Assembly (NCBI GenBank): GCA_035327525.1
Contig: DAOLDC010000002.1
Span: forward strand, 1-45,487
Source of the DNA: Minisyncoccota bacterium
GTDB taxonomy: Bacteria; Patescibacteriota; Minisyncoccia; Phycocordibacterales; JAACPR01
Reading direction: 5' to 3'
DNA: 45,487 bases
Both the position numbers and the translations under genes were made by a program. The notes under the pieces were generated by a model, which ran no database searches, was not told the origin of the DNA, and worked only from the letters and a program-made list of their open reading frames with translations. Shown here piece after piece: positions 45,435-45,487 of the stretch. Position 1 is the stretch's first letter, and each line of letters begins with the position of its first letter.

Positions 45435-45487
45435 TGGACCGGACAGGACTTGAACCCGCTACCTCCTCAGTGCAAGTGAGGCGCTCT
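45435..45487 (-). tRNA. tRNA-Ala (anticodon TGC), 3' portion only; the 5' part lies beyond the window end
   Basis: The reverse complement reads AGAGCG-CCTCA-CTTGCAC-TGAGG-AGGTA-GCGGG-TTCAAGT-CCTGT-CCGGTCC-A. The anticodon loop carries TGC. Position 70 is T, compatible with the G3:U70 Ala identity pair. No CCA is encoded. Confidence 0.85.

Noticed and set aside
1-45487. An alternative genetic code (TGA or TAG reassignment), CRISPR arrays, rRNA genes, transposases or integrases.
   Set aside because: Conserved genes are full length under the standard code, with TGA, TAA and TAG all used as terminators (for example dnaE ends in TGA and uppP in TAG). I saw no repeat-spacer array, rRNA-like sequence or mobility gene.

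Overview
The window is an AT-rich, gene-dense stretch of about 45.5 kb. By hand count, typical lines are roughly one-third GC. It reads as the core chromosome of a reduced-genome bacterium. The short housekeeping proteins, sortase, type IV pilin and near absence of Shine-Dalgarno (SD) sequences fit a Patescibacteria/CPR-like organism, but that placement is inference only. The standard genetic code applies: long ORFs are uninterrupted and TGA, TAA and TAG all serve as stops.

I support 35 CDS and 2 tRNAs (tRNA-Tyr-GTA complete, tRNA-Ala-TGC truncated by the window end), plus several intrinsic terminators and promoter-like boxes. I saw no rRNA, CRISPR array, transposase or integrase.

Gene content is mostly information processing:
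- Translation and RNA: thrS, hisS, rpmF, rpsP, a KH protein, trmD, tgt, rnc, rnr, and a NusB-Nudix fusion.
- Replication and chromosome: dnaE, rnhB, a short smc, dnaG.
- Transcription: rpoB-rpoC-dnaG-rpoD as one block.
- Repair: uvrB, uvrA and uvrC adjacent, plus a UvrD-like helicase fused to a nuclease.
- Envelope: sortase, a pilin-LamG protein, uppP, ddl, a DsbA-like protein and VKOR.

I did not find a convincing multi-gene novel system such as a defence island. The observations most worth a second look are:
- the NusB-Nudix fusion directly upstream of RNase III;
- a single-gene, high-GC island carrying a divergent adenylate-kinase-like protein between uvrB and uvrA;
- a recurring -10 box 6-9 nt from the ATG, suggesting widespread leaderless mRNAs, while the only SD-led genes are three compositionally odd genes: two of unknown function and the adenylate-kinase-like gene;
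- a hinge-less mini-SMC;
- a pilin with a lectin-like domain;
- a TGT with an altered substrate loop;
- domain-reduced UvrA and UvrC;
- a tRNA 3' end only 5 nt from the next start codon.

All family calls come from motifs I recognise in the translations. No database search was run.
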